Part shown: positions 12,491 through 25,210 of the stretch, piece after piece
How positions within the stretch are numbered: position 1 is the stretch's first letter
Layout: every line of letters begins with the position of its first letter
Origin: Octopus sinensis
Taxonomy: Eukaryota
DNA: 64,000 nt
Assembly: GCF_006345805.1 (NCBI RefSeq)
Contig: NC_043004.1
Span: 58,528,001 to 58,592,000, forward strand
Direction of reading: 5' to 3'
Notes under the pieces: generated by a model
Told to the model about the DNA's origin: nothing
Seen by the model: only the letters and a program-made list of their open reading frames with translations
The model's database searches: none
Program-made: the position numbers and the translations under genes

Positions 12491-14839
12491 AGCATTGTGC
12501 CTCTAGACCAACTTTGGATCAACTGCGCAATGTGCCTGAGCCTTAAATTCAGCACTGCTTCCAATCACTTATAAATAATATCTTGAACGCTAAATAATTC
12601 TTTAGTAAGAAAATGCCAAGCATTCTTAATGCACTTAGACTTCATTTTCTCAAGTAGGTTATCGCTTGATACTGACTTAAACCAACTATTTTGAAAAGCT
12701 TCAGCTACTATTAAATTATACAAAATAATTCACTTTATTAGTTGCTTGTATCTCATAATAATATTCCTATTTAGATGGTTTGTATCACAATTCACTCACT
12801 TTATGATAACAAAACCTGGAAAGGTAACAAAGTCTTCATCCAAAATGAGCTGAATGTTTTCCATTATAAAAATGTGTTCTATGGAAAACATGGTAAGACA
12901 AATAGTCCAAGTGTTGGAGTTTTCCAGAAGACATTACTCTGAAGAACTCTAATGACTACTAACTACTCCTATGATGTATTTGGCTCAGTTGGTTGTAAAT
13001 GAATGAGATTTATCTAATCTATTTATAAGGTGGATGAGATAAATTTACAAATAATATCTTGTGCTGAGAACTATCAAATGACAAGATGCCAGAACTCTCT
13101 AATCTCTCATTGAGAAACTGCGTAAAATATAATTTCATTTTCAAAGACATGTTCAAGTTCTGCTCAAATGATCAAGCATCATGTGGAAATGTTAATCACT
13201 TGAGTACAGTTAAGTTCAAGACTCATGAACATGCATCAAGTTATCCATTAGTACCTGGATTGAAACTAAATTTTCATACTAAAGTTTATTTTCTATCACA
13301 GTATTAAAGAATCAGAGAAAATGTAAACTTGTGGGCTCAAACTTATGTTGCATTAAATCTGACAGAAGCCTAGAAAATAATAAAAAAGGTCACACACAAC
13401 CTCTTCTATATGTAACGAGTGTTTCTTTCTTCAAATTTCTACACCCACACAAACACAGGCACATATTTTTATGTTGATTTGTTTTATTTATTCACTCAAT
13501 TTAAATGTTGGTATGAAGTTGGTGAGTCATGAAGGAGTGAGGAAAATATATAAAGAATAAATTAAAACAATGACACAAAAACTGTAAAGAAGAAAAAGAA
13601 GGCAGAGAGAAGGACAGATAAATGTTTCTCTTGTTAAATATTTTTGAAGCCTCTATGAATTACATGTTCCTATTAGTGGATCCTTGGAAATAAACTGCAC
13701 TTCCAACCTCGCTAGCCTTTTTAATATTTTAGATACCAACCTGCTTGAGATTATTCGGTGACACAAACTTCCTATTTCAAAAGAATCTAAATTAAAACCT
13801 TGCATAAAAGTTTCAAGTAAATTTATTTCAAATACCAATTTGATTAATGACAAGTTATTTTACTAGATTATTTATCATTATCAGAATTAATTGAAACAGT
13901 GGCAGTATATTTCAACAGAAATATGGTTACAAAAGGGTAAAACCATTTTAAAATTATTTCCGTCGCTCTCAAACCAGTCAATTTTGGAGACAAGCAAATG
14001 ATGCTATAAGGTTATGCATCTGTGATTGTACAGCTATGCCATTTAACCTTTTAGCATTTAATCTGACCATACCCAGCCCAAATACTGTATTTATCATACA
14101 TTCAAACTGATCATATTCTATCCTACATACCTACCCTACAATGTAATTTTGAAAATATGCAATCCCATCACCAAAATCTCAACACTACAAGATGATAAAT
14201 GATTAGGAGAAAACAATGTGAATAAATAAACATTACATTTGACATAGTAATGTGAATGGTAAAGGCTTAACTGGTTCCAACAGCTGAGAAGAGTAGCTTG
14301 AATTTCAACCATGTTTCGTGGTCTGCTACCACAACAGCTCCTTTATAGGATCCAGTTAGCTCAAGACATCATCAGGAGGAACCACGTCCAGTTACAGCCC
14401 CTACTCTGCTACCGTTTTGATGTGGCAGGCCCCCCTCCCCTTTCAGAGGTGTCTTTATCTCTGGTGTTGAGAGCTGAAGACAGAGAAGATTTTTGCATTC
14501 ATCTTCAAATTCCTCGTGAGGGTACATACAACAGCATTAACTGATTTTTGTTTTAAAGTTGATTACTATGGACTAGAAAGAAACAATGAGTGATAATTTG
14601 GAAGTGCAGTAAATTTGGAACCAACTAGTTAGAAGCTTTGTTGTAGAAAATGTATAACCATTGAATATAATTTTGTTTATGTCTAGAGCAATATTGCTTT
14701 CTTTCTCATTTTCTGGAAAAATATGTAACTGCTTTATATCTTAAATTAAAAATTGTTTATTGTTTTCTGTATTTCTGTGGAATGATTTTAAGCCTTTCAT
14801 GCTATTTAAAAATGATTTCTGTTATCCATTTCATTACAG

Positions 14840-15584
14840 AACAAGTTTGAATTTCCCTCAGATCCTATTAATGGAATGGACAGTGACAATAAAGGCTGTA
14901 TTGAGATGAAGACACTTCCTCGTCAAGAAAGTACTGCTAGTACGGATACTTATGCCAGCTGTTTCACACACCCGCAGAGTAGTCCTTCTATCACAGGACG
15001 ATCTACTGATCCAGCAAATCAGGCAAATATTTGTGTCAATCCATTGGAGGAGCCATCTTATCAAAGTCAACTACCATCTTACGAAGCTGTGATGCAATGT
15101 GATTTTGCTAATAACACATCGAACTCAGATGTTACTAACTATCAGAAGGCTCCTCCATTGGGTAGTGCAATATGCCAAAGTTTCAGTGGCAATGTCAACC
15201 AGCCATCTGATCAGATTATACAGAAAATTGATGATGGTTTAACCGCAACATGGCAACGAAATGTCTTAATATCTTCAGGTACAACTCCATCATCATCTGT
15301 GGGTGATGTTAGAGTTCAGACCAAGATTGGTAGCCATTCTGGCGGTGCTCCATCAACAACAAAAACAGCCCTTAAACGATATAAGTCACTTTCGGGGGAA
15401 AAACATCCTCGTTTTGCAGACTCTCAGATTGAAAGAACATATTCTTCCACAGACAATCTTCACAGATACTCAAGACCAAAGTTGAAATTTCGCAAAACAT
15501 CATCTTTATCAAGTCGTCTCCATGCTAGTCCTGCTACAGGAAAAAAACTTGCGAATTATCATCTTATTGCACATTCAAAGTCAG
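14840..15584 (+). CDS. Shab: Internal coding exon (phase 0 to phase 1), disordered cytoplasmic C-terminal tail, probably of a Kv2/Shab voltage-gated K+ channel
   Basis: Acceptor ttcattacag|AAC at 14839/14840, in frame with ORF 14876-15595 (adds NKFEFPSDPING); donor TCAG|gtgagt at 15584/15585; non-repetitive 248-codon open frame. Contains KGCIEMKTLPRQESTASTDTYASCFTHP, similar to vertebrate Kv2.1 [23 protein letters not shown] as recalled. Exon confidence is high; the gene name rests on this one motif because no transmembrane exons are in the window. An alternative acceptor at 14861/14862 (tttccctcag) is possible. Confidence 0.7.
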
Positions 15585-15759
15585 GTGAGTACTAATAAAT
15601 ATATGCATATATTTATTTTTTTATGTCTATACATTTAAAGAGAGAGAGAAAAAGAAAGAAAGAAAAAGAAGGAAAATTAAGAAGTATTTGTATGAGATTG
15701 TTAATTCATTTGTGTATGTAAGAATATGTGAGAGTATATCTATCTTAGTTACTTCACAC

Positions 15760-15810
15760 ACGCACACACATATATAGATGTATGTATGTGTGTGTCTATA
15801 CACACACACA

Positions 15811-15898
<88 letters not shown>

Positions 15899-15953
15899 AT
15901 ACACATATATATAATATATAATATATATAATATATATATATATATATATACAC

Positions 15954-16000
<47 letters not shown>
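15760..16000. repeat. (TA)n/(CA)n microsatellite
   Basis: Directly visible. Similar arrays at 2205-2325, 5590-5825, 6255-6345, 11200-11430, 23130-23360, 23760-23832, 29700-29850, 44940-45075, 58030-58085, 63575-63635. Confidence 0.97.
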
Positions 16001-17934
16001 TGTGCTTAAGTATTAATTAATGTGAAAGTCTAGAAATGAAAGGAAACATGATTGCATATGATTACAAGTCATTACTATGCACAATTGATTGGCTAAAATA
16101 AAAGTGTTCGATTTTAGGATAATTCTAAAACAATTTAAAGCAAAAACAAATAGGGAAATTGTCTTAAAGTACAAATAATGCAAAAAAAATCTTTAATCTT
16201 AATTTTAGTATTATCATTTCTATATCCCTATTGGACTTCAAACATGCATCAGCGATTGTTTTTTTATTGCTGTTTATTAAAGTATTCATATATTTTATAT
16301 ATTTAATTGAAATTATAGAAAAAGCATGAAAATATTTGAATCATTAAAATATTTACTTTAATTAAGCTTATGATTTTGAAATGCAACTTTCACAGCACTT
16401 CACAATATGTTTACCTTAATAATAATTTTTTTAAAATCAGTTTGTCACCAATTATATTGTTGCATTATTTTCTGTTAGTTTTCTGCATTTGTAATTGACT
16501 TGCAGTGAATCTAAATCCAGGATTTAGTATAAATTTAATTATATTGGCAGCTCTGAAACTTAATATGTTTGCATCAAATAAGTAACAAAAAATACCATTT
16601 TGAATAACAAGTAAATTGTTAAAATATAAATGCCACATTGTTAAGTGCACTCTACTGAAAAGTACTGGTGTTTTCGAATGTAAGTTCATTATTGGCTTAT
16701 ATTCATACCAAAAGAAACTTCTCAAAGAAAAAAAAATCCATTCTCTTTTTTGTTTGGAAGGATTTTTTCATATGGTTCTAAGAATAATAAGGTAAAGAAA
16801 AATGAATGTTGCTTCTGCTATTCTGCTTTCAGAATAAACTTTCAAGGAAATATACAAACTTTATGTACTTATCAATATTTAACCACATAATGTGTCACAA
16901 TTGTATAGTAGTCTTCTGTGTTCATATCCATCAACATGTAGTAGTTTTAGGAACCAATTCATTTCTTGTTCCAATTTCATATTCATTTTGTTTATGAAAC
17001 ATCAATTTTATGATTATTCTCTATATATATCATAAATGCTTTAACATGAATAGAACATTTCATTTTGTATGTTCTATAGTTATTTTGACGTTGTATACTA
17101 GGATCAACAAAATTACTCATTAAGAATATTCATCAATTAATGCATAGGTACAATGATAAAGCTTTCAAAATTATATGATTGCAGTATCAGTTATGTAAAT
17201 TATGAAAATTATAAATTGTAACTTAGATAGAATAATACTTAATAAGAATAATGTGTCAGTATTTTAAGTTTCAATTTACTATATACATATTTATATATTT
17301 AAGTTTCAATTATAAATAAAATATTTATATTTAAGTTTCAGTTATATATATATACAATTAAACCATTAATTATAAGCTCATGAAGATTTTCAATAGAATT
17401 ACATCTTTTTTTATTGTTAATATATCACACTTGAGTATTTTGGAAAAATTTAATATAAGAAGGAATCCACTAAAACTGTCTGGAGTAGAATAGAAACTTG
17501 ACAATACTTTCAAACGGTGTTTAACATCAATCGGTTTATATATAGGTTTTAAATTTCAAACTTCAATTCTTTCCTTTCACATAATTTGTTGCTTAATATG
17601 TTTAAATTCACATGCTGGTGCACACACAAGAATACACAATAGTTATAGTTAAAAATGAGTGATCAATTCACATACTACTTTGTAATAACAGTGAGTGCTT
17701 GTGAGTACTGTGTTTGGTACAAGTGTCTGTATGTGTGAAGGAGAGAGAGAGAGAGAGATGAAGCTAATGTGAAGAAAAGGCGTTTTAAAATAAAGATATA
17801 AAAGAACAAATAAATTCAATTAGGTGTATTAATAATTTAAAGAAGTTTTATTTAAGATTATACTTTACAACCAAGTCGTTCTTTTTATAATAAAAATTTA
17901 ATTTTTGTTTATGACTGGGCAATAAAAGATAAAT

Positions 17935-18140
17935 CATAGCGTTGCATGGGTAGAATTAGTAGAGTGTTGAACAAAATGCCGGTAGCATGCCGGGTAATAT
18001 GCTTAGAGGTATTTCATCTGTCTTTACGTTCTGAGTTCAAATTCTGCCGAGGTCGACTTTACCTTTCATCCTTTCGGGGTCGATAAATTAAGTACCAGTT
18101 GTATACTGGGGTCGATCTAATCGACTAGCCCCCCCCTCTC
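17935..18140 (+). mobile_element. SINE family B, tail type 2
   Basis: gagttcaaattctgccgaggtcgactttacctttcatcctttcggggtcgataaattaagtaccag...gatctaatcgactagcccccc. Confidence 0.8.
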
Positions 18141-18632
18141 CAAAAAAGAATATTTAGTCACATACTTTTACACTTTGCATTCAATTTCTGGCAAGGTCAG
18201 TTTTTACCTTTAGTCTTTCCATTGGGCAATGAAATAATTACTAGTTAAACACTGGTGTTAACTTAATCAACAACAGTCATCTCTCAAATTTGAAGCACTG
18301 TACTTATATAATAAAAAATCAATCTTAATGATAAATATAGTTATAAACATTTGAGATGCTTTCTGCATATATTCACACTTCTCAAAATACTGACAAATAT
18401 CTTCAGCATAAGATGATATTAATATTTGATAAGGATTTACTTCTCAATCGTCTGAAATTTACTGAAATTCTTTTTCGAGCTGTACTTGTCTAATAAGTGA
18501 CTAGATTTGTGGTCATGTGTTGACACTGAAATTACTACAACATGCAAGAACGATTAGCCATTTTAATAACACACAAAACTGTTAAAACTCACTATAACCT
18601 TTTGGCAGTAGAACCAGCCATGTCAGGCCCAA

Positions 18633-19336
18633 ACATTTTACTTCTGCTCATGGTCAGAGATGCACATATCGTCAGCCACTAAGGGACATGCTCAACTGGT
18701 TAAGCTCAAACAACTGACAAGCAAATCTGTGGTATTGAGCAGAATATTTGCTGTAGCCCATCTTTTATACCTAGACAAAACAATGTACATGATAACACTT
18801 CCAATCAGTCATTATTATTATTATTATTGAGTGAGAGAACAGTGCATGCCATCAAAGTGACACTGGAGTACTAATATACGAAGCACATTATATCCATCAT
18901 GACTACCTGTCTAATAAGGCTACACCAGGCACATGCATTACAACCATATGTGCATGACATGATGATCTCATATCAAGATAAACAGAGCATGACCTTGCAA
19001 GTGGCGCCCAGTTAGAATTTTCTTCTGGTTCAGTAAGCCATTCTGCTTTAAAAGCCCTTGAATAAGGGTTGTTTAAGGATGTTGAATGAAACATTCATGT
19101 TTCCAAAAGTGAATTATTCAAACCCCAAAGAATTCCTCTCAACACATGGCTATGATGCTTCCCCTCTACTTCTGCCTGTGATCAGACACTAAGGGACATG
19201 CTCAACTGGTTAAAGTAAAACAACTGACAGGCAAAGCTGTGATATTGTGCAGGATATTTGTAGTAATTTATCTTTTATACCAAGACAAAACATGTACGTG
19301 ATAACACTTCCAATCAGTTAAGATCAAAAGCTATGA
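18633..19336 (-). mobile_element. (TAA)n-tailed ~540-bp retroposon (family T): full copy 18827-19336 plus partial direct copy 18633-18809
   Basis: Same sequence as 41478-42017; (TTA)n between the two copies; a family-B SINE (19345-19550) is inserted at its end with TSD atcaaaagc(t/c)atgaga. Confidence 0.75.
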
Positions 19337-19344
19337 GAAAGTGG

Positions 19345-19550
19345 TGAGCTCTCAGAAACGTTAGTATGCCAGGCGAAATACTTAGTAGTATTTCGTCTGT
19401 CTTTACTTTCTGAGTTCAAATTTCGCCAAGGTCAACTTTGCTTTTCATCCTTTCGGGGTCGATAAATTAAATACCAGTTGCATACTGGGGTCGATCTAAT
19501 CAACTTGCCCTCTCCCCCAAAATTTTGGGCCTCGTGCCTAGAGCAGAAAA
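19345..19550 (+). mobile_element. SINE family B, tail type 2
   Basis: ggtgagctctcagaaacgttag...gggcctcgtgcctagagcagaaa; flanked by near-identical 16-bp direct repeats. Confidence 0.85.
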
Positions 19551-19629
19551 ATCAAAAGCCATGAGAGCCAAAACCTTTATTATTTTTAGTATTCACATGT
19601 GCAAACGCTAGAAATTAATGTGAACTATT

Positions 19630-20090
19630 TTGGAGGACTTTTGGAACCAATATTACCATAGATAACTTCCAAAAATCCCTGGCCTGATAATGCTGCCAAG
19701 AATCACTGCCAGTTTGAGATATAGTCTACAGGCATGGAAGCACTGTCAGGCAGGACTGTCTGGGATACACACATATTGATGAAGCCATTCCGCATGTACT
19801 TGTGCAGTGTCCAAGTATCACTGATTTGTAGAGTTATGTAAAACAGCTGCTATCACAAGTGGAACGAATCTGACTATCAACCAAATCCATTGTGTGAGTC
19901 GCCTCCACCACCCACTTTTAACAAGGCAGGACAGGTTATGTTCTTCTTGTAACTTTGGCAAAAGAGGTTGTGTGGTGGACAAGGCTGAAAGGATTAAGAA
20001 AAGGCACCTTCCTCTTCAGTCAAACTCTCCTCAACTTTATTAAGTTCCAGTTGGAAAGGAAAGTGAGAGTAGAGATGAGCTGTAGGAACG
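19630..20090 (+). pseudogene. L1/Tx1-clade LINE ORF2 C-terminal remnant (zinc-knuckle region)
   Basis: Reads DNFQKSLA**CCQESLPV*DIVYRHGSTVRQDCLGY...DEAIPHVLVQCPSITDL*SYVKQLL...AKEVVWWTRLKG...FIKFQLERKVRVE with stops. Confidence 0.7.
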
Positions 20091-20467
20091 TGTGTCTTAC
20101 AAAAGGAGACAACACCAGCTCACTATCCAAGAAAATCTGTAAGTGGCATAGCTGCAGCATGTGTCTGTGCATTAACAACCATGGCATGCCAAGATCATTG
20201 TCCAGAGAGTGTTAGTAATAGATGGACCACCTAACCAGTGGAACATGTCCTTTCTCCAGGAAGTGGGAAAGTAAACCCTCCAGTCCAACGAAATGTGAAA
20301 CGGAGCAGGGTACAATAGTCAGGTGATAAGTTATTGAAGAGGCAATGTACACATTCACCATCTCTGCTTGACTTTTCAGCAATAATTTCCTCTCAGCCCA
20401 TTTCTGAATGAGACAAGCTCTTCTGCTTGTAACTCAGTTCTTCTCCACCTTATAATAATTATAATAA

Positions 20468-20716
20468 TTCTTTCTGCTAAAGGCATAAGGCCTGAAATTT
20501 GGAGGAAAGGAACTAGTCAATTACATCAACCCCAGTGTTTCACTGGTATTTAACTTATCAACCCCAAAAGGATGAAAAGCAAAGTCAACCATAGCGGAAT
20601 ATGAACCCAGAACGTAGCAACAGACGAAATACCACTAAGCATTTCATCTAGTATGCTTACGATTCTGCCAGCTCACTTTAATAATAATAATAATAATAAT
20701 AATAATGATGATGATG

Positions 20717-20763
<47 letters not shown>
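20468..20763 (-). mobile_element. Decayed SINE family B followed by a (TAA)n array
   Basis: aggcctgaaatt...ggatgaaaagcaaagtcaacc...tgccagctcac, then (TAA)n 20680-20763. Confidence 0.7.
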
Positions 20764-23270
20764 CCAATGTAAAAAAAACATTTCATATGATAGGATTATG
20801 AGTAAATTGCAATAATGCTTTCAAAGGGTTTAATAAATATTATTATTTCACATGATTAGATAAAAGACAGTGGTCTGGTGGCATAGTTAAAACAGCAAAA
20901 AAATTTCTTTGTGATATTTGTTCCAACAGTTTACTTTCCAAGTTCAAATCCTACCAAAGTCACCTCTGCTATTCAAGATCTATAAAATAAAGTACCAGTC
21001 AACTAATGTCTCTCCCTAAAACGTTCATGCCTTGTGACAATACTAGAAACAATTATTTCACATAATTAGACAATTTATAGAGGTGCTTTCCTTTTATGGT
21101 ATAAATAAGATTTGTTCTTATAGATCAGATGATATTGATCAGGTGCAAATGTTGAGTACAATGACATACGTTAAATAAATGTACAATGACTGAATTATTT
21201 TTTCATCACATTTTACAATTCTGAACAATGTAAAAATTCATGGTTAGTTACTAATATCATAAACCTATATATAGAGGTATCACTAATCTATTCTCAAACT
21301 CAAACAGAACTAACTGTATCCATGAGTGACTATAAAGAAAAAGGAAAATATAAGACTTTTAGTCATAAGCTTATAATCATAGCACCATTTGCATGAATCA
21401 GAATCAGACTTTTCTACTATGAATTATTCAGGAATGCCATGTTTTTACATCAGAAAACATAATGTGTTGTGGTTTTATAGTTATGTGTGTGTGAGTGAGT
21501 GTTAAAACAACAAAGGCCACAAATTACATTGCAGTACCCAGTACTAATTTATAACAGGTTGGTGGAATCGTTAAATCATCAGAAAATATGCCTTGTGGTA
21601 TTTGTTCCATTCTTTTACTCTCCAAGTTCAAATCCCACCAAGAGCAATTCCACTGTTCATCTGGACAAGGTTAATAAAATAAAGAGAGGGAATTTGTTGA
21701 TATATGTGTTGACAAATATAAGTCTGTTTTTACTTTGTTGAGCTAAACATTGGTGATTGGTTGAATTTTTGTGTGTGCATATTTATAGCAGGAAAATACA
21801 AACAGATGGTAAAAAGATAGGAAAGCAGTTTGGAGCAGACTTAGTGTGAAATTGTTAAAAAGTTTGTTATAATAGAAAGACAAACAAATAATAATGAGAA
21901 ATATCTCAAGTAAGCTCTGTCTTATTGTAAAAAGGAGGGAAGCTATAGGAAAAGGATGCAGAGAACAGGTAATTTGAACTGAGAGTGAGGTACCAAAACT
22001 GAATGGGTCTAAATATCTAATAGGAAGAGTTTTTAAAAAATTATAAAGTTCTATTATGTAGTGGATTCTAAGAGAAAATAGAATATACTGAAAATATTTC
22101 CAGAGCTCAAACTCTCAATTAAAATAGAAAAAGAAACATTACTTGGTATGATCAATCAATCAATCAATCAATATAACTGTTGTTTTTACCAATAGTACAA
22201 ATATTATTTGCCATATTATGTAAACACTCCCCACTATTGGATAAATGCTACAAAATATTTAATAAAAATACTGTCAAAATTTTTTACTCAACCATGCCAA
22301 ATTGTTTGAAAACCATAATTCTGCTGACCTTTTTAGATTGAAACTATGTTCAAACAATATCAATATTAACCTCCAAAAGTGCATTTAAGAATTCAATTAC
22401 CTAGTCGAAGATATTGCATATCAAACAATAACTTAGGTAATGCATACACTGATCTCACCATTAGTTCAAACTTTGACACTAGCATACCCATATGATTCAC
22501 AAATAAAATACAAGCAAAGACGCTTCAATTACCAAATAAATTTGGGACTTGAAAACAGAAAATATACAGTAAAACTTTATATGGAAAATTCTAACCTTAG
22601 CCTTGCAAGCTTTGAAATAACATTTTCCAAAATATTTCTCTTCATTCAACATTCCAAATGCATATCTTTTAAAAGCTCATATATATATATCAATAGTTAA
22701 CACATATTATATATTCTAGCATTCATCATAAGAAATAACAATCTCCTTTAACCATATGCACTTCCCCATTTATATGCCATTTACTTCTGCTTATATTTGC
22801 ACATATAACTAACTTATTGATAACTTCATAAGTATTGAGTGCTTCAATATATTTGTTGTACGGCTATCTATATATATTTGTATTTAAAACTATGTCTTTA
22901 CTGCTGAGTGAACCTACATGTATGGCTATTAATATATGTGTGTATATATTTGACTCTTATATTAACACATATATGTATATAGACAACTGTATACTGCTTA
23001 AAAACAACTTTTTGTAAAGATATATTTTTTACTTATTACATAGGTTGGTTTGTGCATATATGTATACAGATATTTCTACTCTTGTCAGTGTCTAAATATG
23101 TGTGCATGTGTGTATATGCATTTCTAAATGTGTTTATATATATATATATGTATATGTGTATGTATATATATATATATATATTTATTTATATATATATATA
23201 AATATATATATGCATATTGTATATATATATGTAGGTATGCGTGTATGTATATATATATGCGTATGTATAT

Positions 23271-23313
<43 letters not shown>

Positions 23314-23761
23314 GTATGTATGTATGCATATATGTATGTAAGTTTGTATATATATATATATAGAGAGAGAGAGAAAGAAATTAAGAGGTAGATAGATCAA
23401 TAGATAGATATGTATGTGCATATATATATATATATATATGTACAAATATTTTATATCTATTTAACCTCATTTTTCTAAATATTACCTATTCAAATAAATT
23501 CTATATACAAGTATAGGGTGTAATTTAAATAGTGTAATCTAAAGTTAAACCCGAAATTAAACACAAACTTTACATTTATATAACAACAAGTATCCTACTG
23601 CTTCACTTTTCACTTAAAAAACATCCCATCATATTCACATAAATTCCTGCTCTCTTTTCACTACCTCTGACAATCATAATCACTATCAACTATGAGTTTA
23701 AAATCCTTTAACATACATATCGGCACATACACATACATTTCTATATATGTGTGCATATATA

Positions 23762-23812
<51 letters not shown>

Positions 23813-23833
23813 AATATATATATATATATATAT

Positions 23834-24035
23834 CAAAATGTGACCTCGTGTGTACCGTTGGCGATTTTTTTTCCTCTGTCTTCTCTTCTCTGGATCTTTC
23901 CTTCTCCTATGTTTCCGACGAAGAGCTCCGCTCGAAACGTTAAACCCTCCTTCTTTCCTGAACGTCCAATAATACTATATTTGTTCCACGTACTCGCGTT
24001 GTGTTTTTTGTGCTTTCTTGTTTGGATTAACTAAC

Positions 24036-24036
<1 letters not shown>
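23834..24036 (+). mobile_element. Penelope-like pseudo-LTR fragment between TA arrays
   Basis: Pyrimidine-rich ~200-bp unit flanked by (TA)n on both sides, carrying a minimal hammerhead motif; PLE assignment inferred from that motif. Confidence 0.55.
23911..23945 (+). ncRNA. Minimal type I hammerhead ribozyme motif (U4C variant)
   Basis: gttt-CCGACGA-a-GAGC tcc GCTC-GAAA-C-GT-T-aaac: stem I gttt/aaac, core CYGANGA, stem II GAGC/GCTC, GAAA, palindromic AACGTT in place of stem III. Confidence 0.6.
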
Positions 24037-24082
<46 letters not shown>

Positions 24083-24318
24083 GCATATATATATGCATGT
24101 GTGTATGTGTATGCATGTATATGCATATTTATGTAGGTATGTATTTGTGTAAATGTGTGTGTGTGTGTGTATACATAAATTGATCTGATAAGAGAAGTGA
24201 AGTGCAAGAATAGATGTTTCATAAATCCATGTATACAACTATGCTGTGGCATAATGAAAAGACTTCACTTCAGACCATTTCATAAGTCGATATCTACCTA
24301 TTTATGTATGTATGTATG

Positions 24319-24350
<32 letters not shown>

Positions 24351-24419
24351 CATCTATCTATCTACATCTATATGTGTATGTATGTGTATGTGAGTGTGTG
24401 TGTATGTATGTATATATAT

Positions 24420-24480
<61 letters not shown>

Positions 24481-24807
24481 TGTGTATATATTTAGTTTTA
24501 AATTTGGTGCCAGTCTCCGTGATAATGTATTCTTTCTGCAAGTTTCTGATTATGGATGGAGTCAATAGATTTACAGGCATTTGTAGATAAAATATGCAAT
24601 TCAACTTCATTTTATTTAAAAAATTTTTTTTCTATTCAATTCTAATTTATCTCCCACCGATATTTTCACTAGTTGATACTAGTTTGGGTATCAGTCTTTC
24701 TCTGCTACCTACAGTTTCTGATTGGTCTGTTATACTCCCACACACTTTAATATTGAACCATTGGTATTTCTACTTTGAATATTCGTATGTTTGAATATTC
24801 GTATTCG

Positions 24808-24942
24808 TAGGCGTAGGAGTGGCTGTGTGGTAAGTAGCTTGCTTACCAACCACATGTTGGGCAAGTGTCTTCTACTATAACCTCGGGCCGACCAAAGCCT
24901 TGTGAGTGGATTTGATAGATAGAAACTGAAAGAAGCCTGTTG

Positions 24943-24991
<49 letters not shown>

Positions 24992-25210
24992 CTGTGTATA
25001 TGTTTGTGTGTCTGTGTTTGTCCCCCAGCATCGCTTGACAACTGATGCTGGAGTGTTTACTTCCCCGTAACATAGCGGTTCAGCAAAAGAGATCGATAGA
25101 ATAAGTACTAGCCTTACAATGAATAATATTGGGGTCGATTTGCTCGACTAAAGGCAGTGCTCCAGCATGGCCACAGTCAAATGACTGAAACAAATGAAAG
25201 AGTAAAAGAG
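24808..25210 (+). mobile_element. SINE family A with ~30-bp deletion removing the B box
   Basis: ccaaccacatg|ttgggcaagtg lacks the gttccgggttcagtcccactgcgtggcatc present in other copies. Confidence 0.88.
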
